DNA of 64,000 nucleotides from assembly GCA_012295275.1 (NCBI GenBank), contig CM022666.1, positions 6,200,001 to 6,264,000 on the forward strand, given 5' to 3'. The DNA is from Chrysomallon squamiferum. Taxonomy: Eukaryota > Animalia > Mollusca. Within the stretch, counting starts at the first letter, position 1; each line of letters begins with the position of its first letter. Both the position numbers and the translations under genes were made by a program. The notes beneath the pieces are model-generated. The model was not told where the DNA came from. It worked only from the letters and a program-made list of their open reading frames with translations, and ran no database searches. Positions 48,492 to 61,720 of the stretch are shown one piece after another.

Positions 48492-49206
48492 ATGTTCTCA
48501 GATTGTCACGGACCTGACACTTCGCTGGATGAAGAAAAAGCTACGTGGAGGGAGACCAACACGTCACGTAAACATATGAAATTGGTTTTACAGCTGTATT
48601 ATTGTGTGGACATACGTACACACATACATACAAACACACATTGATACATGAACACATACATAGATACGCACACACTAACATACATTCATACATACATAAA
48701 TTGATACATACATTCAAACAAGCGTACACACAGTCCTAAAGCAGACAGACAGAAAACACACGCATCAATATACTAATCACTTTCAAGTAACAGCTACGTA
48801 CTTATCGTTACACTACATTTATTTTCCGTAATCTTTTCACTACTGAATCACAGACACACAGGCACACAAAGACAGGCATACCCATCTGCATGTGTCTTCT
48901 TCTTCTGAGCATTTAATTTATGTTTTGCTGCACGCGGAATCCCTTGAGAAGAGATGAAACTTTGCGTGTGCAAGTAAAGAAGGTTAAAGATATGGATACA
49001 AATCTGAAAATCTACCAGTCAGCTTATTCGTAAGAACAATAAATTATATTTTTAACACATTTCTGTATCCTTCTGTGTCATCATTTTATTTGTGTGGGTT
49101 TTGTTTTACTAATCTTCGTCAATAAAAATGTATTATCTCTTCCTTTGTATAAATTATTTCCTTCATACGTTGCCCATCAGACAAAAGACAAAATCATTAT
49201 TAGTAC

Positions 49207-49272
<66 letters not shown>

Positions 49273-50212
49273 ATACAACGTGCATTAATATCATACTTGT
49301 CCTATTGTTCATAGTAATTATTTCTATTTCAGACCACAAGATCTTAAACTAAGTGAGGAAAAATTTGATGATTCCTCGCTCAGTAATCCTATTGTCTTTT
49401 CAAACACCGGAGAAATCCGAATTGTGATGACTGCAACGAGAAAAATAGCTTACATCATGAACGATGGAGACGGTATCTACACGGAGGACAAGGAAACTGA
49501 CCTGTCTAAACCGGTTTATTTTTATTTCAAACTTCACGGAGTAGAAATTAAACTGAAGTCTATCAGTGATAAATGTGCGTATGAGTATAGCTTGGATTCT
49601 CCTCTGCGAAAAATCAACCTATTTGAATTACTTTTTATAGTCAGTTTTTAATTTTTGTTTTTGCCTGTTTCATTTTGTAATATGAAACATTACAAGATAT
49701 TTGTTTAACAGGTTGTATTACTGTGATTGTTTACAGAAATCATATTTAAACAGTAAAATATCGTAAATCTCTCTATTGTAAATCTGTTACAGTTTACACT
49801 GATGCCAAGGCCTGTCATGTTAGGGATTCAGAAATGTCAGCCTTACCAGAAAGGGCTGACTCCGCAAAACCTGCGAACAATGTGGTTGAACAAGAGAAAC
49901 GAAATCTGCCTGACGTTTGTCCAGCTGAAAGCGAAAAACAGTCGCAGTTTGAGAAGTACAACCGGCCAAAGTGCACAGAATTTGTTGATACAATGGAGCC
50001 AGATCGCGTCCTTGATTATCTTTATCAAGCGAGGGTCGTTAACAGTGAACAGAAAGAAGACATTACAAGTGAACGTTGCCGGTTAAATAAAAACAGGAAA
50101 ATCCATAGACATTATAGCACGCAATACCAAAAGTGTTCAGAAATTCAAAGAAGCGTTAAAACATGCCAGTGAGAAACATTTGTCTGAATTGATAGTCTGT
50201 TCCAAGAACTGA
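48492..50212 (+). pseudogene. NHR-CARD family copy 5; the only copy with full-length exon C, otherwise disrupted
   Basis: Exon A remnant 48492-48567 (acceptor and first ATG deleted). Exon B acceptor deleted at about 48925 (donor at 49030). Exon C 49333-49574 is complete (...TDLSKPVYFYFKLHGVEIKL..., phase 2 to phase 1). CARD exon 49793-50212 has a +1 frameshift at about 50105 (atccatagac versus atcctagac). Confidence 0.8.
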
Positions 50213-51151
50213 ATAATGCAGACTGTGAAGTTCTACAAACAAAATATTAATAATGAAGAATGTGAACGTCTTTTATTATATTAAGAATAATGTAGACTGA
50301 ATTTCTCTGATAAAATATGAATAACGTGGATTTTGACTATCTGTTATTAAATTATGAAAGATAAAGACTGATTTTCTCTTGTAAAATGTTAATAATGTAG
50401 ACTGTGTATGTTTTTATTTGATTATAATTTGAATAATATAGTCAGTGAAAATATGTAATTAGATATCTGTCGTTGTAGGCTGAATATTTATTATTGTTTC
50501 TAATTGTTTTAAGTATTATTTTATTTCTGTATAGTCTAAATAATTTTAAATAGTTGACAATGAATATCCATTATATAGTAGAATGATAATTTGTGCTTTG
50601 AATACTGTAGACTATGAATGCCTTTGATATTGCTATTTGAATAATGCAGATTGATTGTCGTGACAAAAAACTGGAAACTGACAATCTTAAGTATCTTCAG
50701 CCTTTGATAAACTTTAAGGATATTTTGTGGAATATGTTTGATAATATTGGAGTTTTTTTATGAATAAGCTGTCATTGGTATAGAAACTGCTAGTATGTCC
50801 AGCATACAGACAAACATTGGTCTTCTAAATAACTTTGACTGAGGAGGATATTAATATAAATGCATCTTTAAGAATTCATATGGGGGAGCATTTATACGTA
50901 GCTTACTTTATTAATGTTTGTATTTTAAATTTTTTCCTGTTATTCAATAATACTGTTCAGTGTTTAATTATTTACGTTAAAACCCAGTTCCAATATTTTG
51001 TAATAGAGATGACAGTTTTTCTTTTAATGAACTTTCACATCCAACAGCGAATCTGATTTTCATGATGGGCCGACCTTAAACATTCAAACATAAATTAATA
51101 CAGATGTGATTTTTAAGTACATTGTTTAAGTACTTTTGACTATAAAGTAAA

Positions 51152-51748
51152 TTAATACAGATATGACTTGATGTATTGTCTGTGTGAGAAAGTGGCGACT
51201 GCTATGGAAACTGCCAGTACACCAAGCACGCAGAACAATCCAGTTACTGACGGTAGCTTATCTTCTATCCAACTTCTGACCACTGGACAAGCTGGACAGT
51301 CCACAGATTCTGGCTCAGTCTGCCAGATGTCAGACTCTTTAATGGTGCCAAGTTTGTACAAGATCTGCAATATTTTATTTTTTTATTTTTACTATTTCAA
51401 TAATGACGACTGTTAAAGTCTGATGTATTGATACTTGAATAATGTCATTTGTGAAAGTCTGATAAAGTAATATTTGATTAATGACAATTGTTATATATAT
51501 AAATATATATATCTATATATTGTATATCCTTGCTATCATTTTAGGAAATATTATTTTAATTTTGAAAAAAAGTAATAAATAATGACTTGAAAGTACTATT
51601 TTATTACTAAGAGGAAATAAATGTAATGAATGTTTTTATCAGAAAATGTTTATATTACTTATTAAACAAAGAAAAACAATTAAATATTTAGAGATAATTA
51701 AACCTCTCTCTCTCTCCTCCTCCCTCCCTCCCCTCCCTCCCTCCCTCC

Positions 51749-51829
<81 letters not shown>

Positions 51830-52156
51830 TGATAAATGGAGTGTATAGTATATATATATTTATTAATCAATCTGTCCCTCACTTCTCTTGCTGCTCTCTC
51901 CCCAGCCTGAATGGCTCCCTCCATGTACCCCACCCACTCAGTCGCTGTCTCAGTGCCAGCGAAATGTGTTCTACCTGCAGGATCACGAAGTACTCTGTTA
52001 ATAGAAATAACAATCAAGTAGCATGTGTACAAATGTAGGTACTTAATAAATGATTATTTTCTGTATTACAGGTTTTGATTTAATTTAATAATAATTAATA
52101 AATATATGAGTAAGTAAATAAATAAATACTTAAATAAAAATTGAATAATTAAACAA

Positions 52157-52199
<43 letters not shown>

Positions 52200-52280
52200 C
52201 AATAAATATATAAATAAATAAACAATTACTAAATAAATAAATAATAAAAATAATTATATATAAAAAAAAAATAATAACAC

Positions 52281-52337
<57 letters not shown>

Positions 52338-52363
52338 TAATAATTATGTAAATAAATAGACAA

Positions 52364-52399
<36 letters not shown>

Positions 52400-52904
52400 A
52401 ATGAAAATAATAATAATAAATAACCATTCTGGTTTCATTAACACAAGGACAGATATTATATTAAACTGTACTTGAGGAATATGAACAAACTGTCTAAATA
52501 TATTTTGTTTGCATTATCTAAGCTTTCTTTGTGTCCAGACATATGCAAGAAATCTGATAATTTTGGTATCACTTGATTGTTTTTTTATTTCATATGTAGC
52601 TTATTTTATTAATCATTAATTTTTCCTGTTATTCATTAATACTATTTAATGTTTAACTGTTCATGTTAAGACCCACCTTCCATATTTTGTAATAACACCA
52701 GGTGGAAAAGTGCTGACATAGCAACCACCAGAAAACTCCTCGTTCATCCAGTTTTTTTCTATATAACCAACAGGCTAAAAAGAAATTAAAAAGATAAAAA
52801 AAATAATAATAATTAAATAAACTGAAATAAGAGAAAATGAAATTATATTTTACAAAACAACAAAACTTTTTTAATAATGATAATAAAATATAATATTACC
52901 ATAA

Positions 52905-52935
<31 letters not shown>

Positions 52936-55466
52936 ATATAAAAGTGGATGCTCCTAAATAAAAGGAGGAATTTAAACGAAATTTCCTTTGAAAAGTTCTA
53001 ATATAAATCTATAACCATATTTTTAATTATTGATATAAAGGATTCTTATTAAATAATTTTTTTTTGCAAGAAACAAAAGTTATATCAATAATCAAAAAAA
53101 AAAGGAAAACAAAGATTTAATTAAACATTTATATCAACTTTCACCAATATCTTACGAACATCATACAAGTTAAATTTTGCTATTGTTTCTTAAAAGGAAA
53201 ATAGTAATTTAAAATAAATAAACAAATAAATATATTATACACAAAAGACAATAGATCATTTTCTACTTTTTTATGACCAAAGGCATGTCATAATATAATA
53301 CTGGTAAAAACACAAATAAATAAATAAAAAATAGAAAATTATGGTGAGAAAAAACATATTTACCCTTAAAAATTTGTCACTTTTAAAAACTGAAGCAAAA
53401 TGCTGACAGAGAGCTTGTTTTCTAGACAAAAAAAAGAAGTTTTTAAAAAACAACAAAAAAAATTATTTAAATGTTTTGTAATGTTTTGATTTTTTTTTTC
53501 AAACAAAGCAAATCTAAAATTGAGCAAAAATACATTTTGTTAGACTTAAGTAAAATAATGATATAGCTTCTTTTCTGGACCAAAAAGCCCCCTGAAACAA
53601 AAAAACAATTTAAAGTTTTGGAATGATTTTCAGTCAAATAAATCAAATCTTATACTGAGCACAGCATTGTAAAAATAATAATACATTTTTTAAACTATTA
53701 TTGTAATGGTAACAACCTTTGACTAATTATAATACAACAAAACACTGAAGTAAACAATAATTATAACATTATTTATTCTCTTTTATTAATTTCTCCTTTG
53801 TAAACTTTCTACATATTCATCAAATGCATTTAGTAAGGAGTTTAAAATAAATACGTCTACATGAAAACAGAAAACTGGTACAAAAATAATTAACTCTTTT
53901 ATTTATTATAAAATTACCTTTCCTCAGGAGTTAGATCTGCCATTTCTCTGCTTTTGTCTGCCAATATGAATGCCATCAGAGATGGATGTGACCCATCAGG
54001 TTTTGTATCATCAACACAGTAACCCACAGGACCCGAATCTGAAATAGCACTGCCACAAAATCCTGTAAAATTCACATATAAGAATCTTTTTAAAAATATA
54101 TAGTATATGTAATTTTGTATTGTTTTTATTTTTAAATTTTTATACATATATCAAATTACATAATATTTAAATATAAAATTTATCTATAACGTTTATTTTT
54201 AATGTAAAATTATTAAAATTTTCAAAAGGTAAAATTCATGTATAAATTTAAATTTGAATTTCACAGGTAAATTTTTAAAAAATGTAAGAATCCAATAAAA
54301 TTATATAAAATATTCAACATTATTATTATATCCTGATATGCTTTAATATTAAAAATTAATTCTTTTAAGAATATTTTGATAAATTAGTTTTACAATTTTT
54401 TTTATTAGAATTTTTTCATAAACTTTAAAAATTATGTATTATATTTTATTTTATATAATATTATTAGTTATTTTTTTAAATTATTGTCCCATTTTCATTA
54501 TTCAAAATTATTTTTTTTACTGTCATTATATTATGATAAATTTATCGAAAACATTGTTTGTGTATCTCTTGATTTGTTTTATCTTTACCTAAGTCTTTCC
54601 AAAATGCAGTTTCATAATACATGTTAGTCTTGATAATCGACCCCATTGGTATTCTCTGAATTAACTGTAGTTTCAAGCCAGGTAATGGAGGTTTGAAGGT
54701 TATTCTGTTCAGAAGAGCTAGTGGAACAGCACTGATTACATAATCACACTGAAAAGTTTATAAAAATAAAAAATAATATTAACTAATTTTCTTATGACTT
54801 TTGGTGACTTGTTTTGGTATCATAATATGTTTATTAGCCTTCTCAAACTGCCAAAAAGAAACAAGTAAAAATGTCTTGGAAGCAAACTAAATTAATATTT
54901 CAAAACAATGAAAGATACATTTTAAAACTGATTGAATTGAAAATGTTTAATAAATATTAGCTATTTTATTCATTATATTTTGTTTTATTTATTTATTATT
55001 ATTTCCATTTTTTATGTTTATATTTATATTTTTATTTTATGTACTTATTTAATTATTTTTGTTTTATTGTTCTTTTTTGTTTTATTTTAGGGTTTTTTAT
55101 TTTTTTTTAAATGTATTTATTTACTTATTTACCTTGTATTGTTTGTTGTTACAATCAGTAACAATAACTCCATTCTCTGTCTCTGTGATGTTTATCACTG
55201 CGCTGTTTAAATGAACTGCGTCGCCAAGGAGACGAGACATTCCATCAGACATCTGTTGAGTTCCTCCTACCATTTTCTTCTCCTGTGAAATTTATAGATG
55301 GCAAATTGTGAAAATATTCCAAAGTCTAATTTATAAAAGCGTACATTAAGACTTAATAAAGAATTTAGAGTTTAATTAATAAAACAGAGTATGTCTAATT
55401 ATTTGTAATATTTTTATTTGGTAAATAGAAATAAGCATTTAGACACTGTTTGGTGAGGTGTTTTTT

Positions 55467-55525
<59 letters not shown>

Positions 55526-56651
55526 CATCATCATCATCATAATCATCACATTCAGTATAATGTTAAACCAAAAACTGAAAGGAAGTTACATTCAACACAC
55601 CTAATCATTTAAAAAGCATGATGCACGCATAATTTTAATAATAAAAAAATCCTATTACATAATTTTATTTATTATTTATTAAACTTTCCTAACCAATCTT
55701 TTTTTTAATTTTGGAATTTTTAATTAACAAGAATTTAATTGATGGGTGCCATGTATGTTTACATACTGTTTATGGAGTCATAACACTTGAAATTTTGTAA
55801 CATTTGGTAAAGAATAACAAAAGCAATATTGACTTAAGACAATCTACCTGGGCTCCATTTGTAATTGTAGTGAGTCGAGTGATTCCCTGACCAGAGTGAA
55901 TGTACCACAAGAAGAAAAGTAGAGAAATTTCGTGCATTTCTGATGTCAAGACGGCTTCTACTGTCAGTCGAATCAATTCCACTGTTTCACTGGCAATAGG
56001 TGAATAAAATAATAAATATGTAAGAAAAATAATCAAACAATAAACTGTGAAATTGTGGCTTAAATACAATAATGTGAGTAGTCTGTCAGGTTAAACATCA
56101 TTATCATGCACCTGATTGTCAGTACAGCTCAAACAGGTTATTACTGTGAAGACACTTTTCTGTTTTAAACACAAAAAGAATTAACTCCAACTCAAAACAT
56201 TAAATTTAAAATTAAAATAAAATTTAAAAATGTTTTAAAAATATCCTCTTCAAAAGTCAGTAGAAAACTATATCTTAAAACTCAGATACAGTTTAATGAA
56301 ATTTTATTGTTGAAAAAAATTCAATTTTTGATGTTAAAGGCAATAATGTTTTTTTTTTTTTAATTTGTTTTGTTAATTTGTTTTTAAAAATATATCTTCT
56401 ATTATGGAGTAACAGTATTTATTACTTATTATTATTGATAGAATAAAATGTATCTTTGTTAAATGATAAAATATTGTAGCATTTTAACCTTGTCCAAGCT
56501 ATAGATTCTACAAATTCTTTAACATTCACAGAATCCCACTGGATGGCATGTTTGGCTTTCCATGGTGATTCCACAGGAACCTATGATACAAGCAACATCT
56601 GTCTAACTAAAACGATCATAACTGTTCATTGTCAAACAGCAATATGGTACC

Positions 56652-56709
<58 letters not shown>

Positions 56710-56905
56710 TTAACAAATATAATAATAATGATTTGAAAAAATTATAGAAATAAAACAGAAAGAAATAAAGACATTTTTTTTTTCTTCCAAAAGCAAGCAA
56801 TATTGTTTTCTAGGGACATTTTAATAACCCTTGAATAAAATATTTTTTATAATAGTTATACTTGTTTTTAAATATAAACTATTTGTTTTTTCATTAAAAA
56901 AATAA

Positions 56906-56940
<35 letters not shown>

Positions 56941-57905
56941 AAGTTTTAAAAATTTTAAAAATTAAAAAATGCATTCACATATGTTTAATCATGAGTGTAT
57001 AATGAATTTGAAAGTAAAACAATTTCTGAAAGTGAGGTATATTATTTGTTTGCATGTATAACACATATAAAAATAAAATAAAATAAAATAATAATAACAA
57101 TATCAACAACAATATCAATAAAATTGAGTCAAATGATGTTTGACTACTCATAATTCAAAGGGAGATAATTAACAATGGGAGATAATTAACCTCTAGCGCC
57201 ATGTTATCCAATGTTCTTATCACATGATTAACATCCAGAAGAGCTATTGGATTTTTCATTGGTGGCACAGCCCCTGTGTAGGTACTCCAAGAACCCTAAA
57301 AATATAAATTTACAAAAACAACTCATAAACAAATATTTCTAAAAAACAGACCTAAACAAAACAACAACAAACAAAACAAGCACTAGAAACAAACAAAACA
57401 AGGAATATTTAATAATACACTGCATACATTTTTATTCTAAGGTTTGAAAATGCAGATTATGAGAAATAAAAACTGCATACTATACAATAGTCATATTATT
57501 TTTAAACATGGGCAGCAATGAATCTATTGTATGTTTTTACCCACAGACAAGACAACACATACCCCAGCCTTTGTTAAACTGGAATGGGAAATTTCTCACT
57601 GATTAGGTTTGATCCTACATCTAACTATGTCTCTGAGCTTTACTATAAGATACAGTCTACTCTTTTAAAATAAATTACACATATGTACATATATGCTTTT
57701 TTTGGCATACTGATAATATTACAAAAAAAAAATGTATAACTGGTCAGGATATCTAGAGCAATTGAAAAAAAAAATGAAACAAAATAGACACCACAAATTT
57801 AGTATCTAATAATTTGATTGATAATTTTAAGACTCATGACAGATACTGCAGATACTGGCTAGACTTGTATATACATATAAACAAAAATCCTAATTCCAAT
57901 GATGA

Positions 57906-57949
<44 letters not shown>

Positions 57950-59202
57950 ACGTACACAGATATATACATACAAACAAACAGAGAGAGAGGGAGAACGAAT
58001 CACAACATTGATAAAAGTTTTAGTTATATACCTTTAAATTGAGAACAGTTTTCTCTTTCTCATTCACATTGTAAAATTCAAGTCCTAATTCTTTAGCCAG
58101 TCGAAATACTCGATTCTGACCAGGACCGATATAAGCACCACCAACATCAACAGTCCCATGTTTTGGATCCTTAAAGTGAAAAGAAATCAGTTAGGTTAAA
58201 GCTATTTATGTAACATTTTTGTTCTTCTTATGTGTCAGAATAGAAAATTGTGTAATGGTATGTTTTATTGTGTTTTGTATGATGGTATGAACATAAATGT
58301 AAATATTTTCCATCAATATCTTATAAACTAATGTTTTGGTATTGGTTTTTAAAAAACCAAACTTTACTAATAATAAATGTATGAAATTGTGAAAACTGTA
58401 GGCAGTTCTTGAAATTAAACAATTCACAGAGCTTACCAGTATATATCACCACTGTGTAACATATAAACGGATACATTTGTTTTTATTAATCTTAAATAAT
58501 ATACCAAGCTAAGTCAGAAAAACTTGCCTATATCTTAGTACATAGATTGCCTAAGAGTTTAATTTAATAAACTACATAAATATACTTCACCTCAATTGTG
58601 TGTGTTCGACCGCCAACCCTGTCACGAGCCTCCAAAACAACAACATCCACCCCAGCATTTTGCAGAACCCGTGCTGCAGATAACCCTGATGTCAAAAAAT
58701 TAAATTATTCAAGTGAAAGTGAACTTTTGGCGTTATATGTAAACAGTTTTAATTATTTATTTTTTTGTTCCTTGCTACCAAAAGCAAAGAATGACAATAT
58801 ACATGTAAACTGAAATAAATTATATTTCTTATTTTCATTTATTATTATTATTATGATTCTGTTTTACAGTCATACTTTATTAATAATAAAGATCTGTTAT
58901 AATATTGACACCTAAAACATTAAACGATTAAGTCAAGTATATAAAATGTTTCTGTGCAGTTTGGTCACGCCGCTAAAAGGTAGGCAACTTAAGTTAAAGC
59001 TTACGAAAATGATGTATCAATAACCAGTCGATCTTGTCATGAATATTAATTAACAGGAAAATACACGACACAGGCTGCTGCTGTACGCATGCTTAATCAT
59101 GCATCTGACTGATTTACCATAACAACTTTAGAACTCTTTCGGATTTAACTTACCGCTAATACCTCCACCAACGACAACCACTTTCGTGGTTGCAGATGTC
59201 AT
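51152..59202 (-). CDS. MAO: Monoamine oxidase (flavin-containing amine oxidase), 13 coding exons, 518 aa
   Basis: Exons (minus strand): 59202-59154, 58685-58591, 58169-58032, 57295-57191, 56580-56489, 55989-55848, 55282-55133, 54748-54589, 54062-53918, 53421-53364, 52774-52677, 51994-51883, 51364-51152. All introns are GT-AG and phase-consistent; total 1557 nt. Motifs: [14 protein letters not shown] (FAD Rossmann fold), [40 protein letters not shown] (covalent-FAD Cys), [17 protein letters not shown], and a C-terminal hydrophobic helix [24 protein letters not shown]. Confidence 0.97.
57400..57640 (+). mobile_element. Degenerate interspersed (SINE-like) repeat in MAO intron 3
   Basis: The stretch ...gcagcaatgaatct...cccacagacaagacaacacataccccagcctttg...ctggaatgggaaat resembles, from memory only, an abundant gastropod interspersed repeat. 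Not verified by search. Confidence 0.35.
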
Positions 59203-61688
59203 GGCTCATATTAAAGTCCGACCCTATCTCACATTGACCCGTTGTGATATAACACATCGAGTACATGTCTTTTGTCACAGAAGCATAAACTAACTTCAGG
59301 CCAAAGGTTAGGTTTTGATAAAAATTCCGAGGACAAGTTGAAGTTCTCATAATTATGAGTTTACAAGGTCCTGATAAGTTACCGATAACAACCGTAAAAT
59401 AACGACAACGACATTAACAAACGTTGTAATATCTGGATAACTAGTAGAATTAAGATAAAACATTTTACTGAAGTTACTCTGCATTTTTAAAATCAAGGTT
59501 TTGAAAACTGGATAAAAATAAAAAATCCACGATATATTTTGTTTTCCTTTTATTTATTTGTTTAGTTATTTATTTATTGTTACTACTGTTGCTATGGCTT
59601 CATCATTGCTGAAGTGTTATTTTAGTTTTCAGTTATTCAAGAACGTTTTCATCTTTTTTTTTTCTTCATTTAAAGAGCAATAGTGTGGGCCTTTTTAAAA
59701 AAAATATATATATATATATTTATTTTTATTATGTAAATGGAAGGAAATGGTATTTGTATTGTTATAATTGATAGCCATTAAAAATAAAAAAATAAAAATA
59801 ATAATAATTAAATTAATTAAATTAATTAATTTATGTTTTTAAATGCCTCAGTCTGGCCATCAGTTGTTTGTGTCTTTACAAAAGGATATTTATACATGGC
59901 AGGCAATTCTACTGAAACTGGTTTATTGGATGACATTTTCCCTCTTTACCAGTCATTATCGTAACCTGGAAAACACTGAGTTTTTATATTTTATCTGAAG
60001 CAATATTTAAAAATTAAAAAAATATTTGGAGCCTGTATACATAATTATCTTATGTTGTATGTGATAAGAAAAGATATGCAGACAAAATAGAGATCTAACC
60101 TGAACTTTATTGTAGAAAAAGTTGAGCATGTTTGGTCAAATGCTAGAATTCACACAACTTGCTAAAACAGTATATTCAACATGTTTCACATGCTCTAAAC
60201 TTTATTTCAGAATCACGATAGGAAACCAACAGTTATTATTATTATCATTATTATTGTTTTAATTTTATTTTTATTTTTATTTATTTTATTTTTTTTTTTA
60301 TGTGGCACTGGGGTGTTTTGTGATATTTTTGTTACCACAAATCTACAATAAACAAAATATACAGAGACTGAAAATAAAACAAATTAGCAGAATATAAAAA
60401 TAGTTTATTGATAAATGGGTTTCAACATTTGATTAAAATCACTACAGAAATTATGTGATTATATATTATTTCAGATTATTATATTGCAAAAACGTGTCAC
60501 AAATTCCTATTTACAAAACACAAAGTAATTAAGGAGCAGGCCATCTCAAATTGGTTAGTTCAACAACTGTAATCAATCATTTCCCAATCCAACAACAAGC
60601 TCTATAACAATGACAACAGGGGAGGGATAAAAAGGTTTAAAATTTCACCAAATCAAAATACAAATAACATTAACAACTGATTTTTACATTAATTGTAACT
60701 AGGATTTTAAATAATAGAAAGGGATAGATATTCTGCCTTTTTAAAAAATGTGTTGCCCAGGGTGGGTGTGTCTGCTGATCTTGTATAAATATACTTTAAC
60801 GGTATTCTTGGCACATAAAAAAAACATTAAATGATATATTGATAAACAAACACAGGTAAATGTATTGTATACATTCAGTGATTTATGCCATCAGTTGAAC
60901 AAAAGTTGTGAGAAAACCTACCCCTGTACAGTTATACCAAGCATCTTTCCATTACTGAAAATAAAACACCAATATGGCATAACAGAATGTCATACTAAAC
61001 TCATAGTTTTGCACATAAAACTGTTTTACTTAATCAAAGTGTCTGTTATTAATTTTGATTTTACTTAGGGTTGCTTATGATCTGGCATTTAAAAATTGAC
61101 ATCAGCAAAGAAAGAAAAAGTAAATAAAATTATTATTTTGCTTAGTTTGTCTCCCTTTTGTACAGTTGCTATTCAAACGATTTAAAAAGAAAAATTAAAA
61201 AATACATATATTAAAAAACAAAATTTTTAGAAGAAAGGTTTAATTTTTATTTCTATTGCCTTAACACATCACAAAAGTACTGTCTAAACAAATGATATTA
61301 ATTTTTAAAGCCAGATTTAATATAGTTTTATTTTAAAATCTGATTTGAATAAACAGACACATGACCACAAACCAAACATTGTTCATGTTACTTTTAATAC
61401 AAAATACACGAAAATTATAAATGTAAAAAGATGTATAATAATCAATAATGTAAGTACTGTTAACAAATCTGATTGGAATAATTTGATGATACATGATTAG
61501 AAAATATGTTTGAACCAGAAATTCTGCTTGGCCAGCAAACATTGAAAAAAGCAAATAATATATCCAAAACAAAGAAAAAAAAAAAAAAAAAGACTGATAA
61601 TAAATGATGTCTCCAATCTAAAAAGTAAGTAAATAAATTAATAATGAATAAAAATATAAATAAATAAATAATTTTTAATCAAAAATAA

Positions 61689-61720
<32 letters not shown>

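Noticed and set aside
59156-59350. 64-aa minus-strand ORF overlapping the MAO start
   Set aside because: Out of frame with MAO and without recognisable homology; the MAO ATG at 59202 gives the canonical N-terminus.
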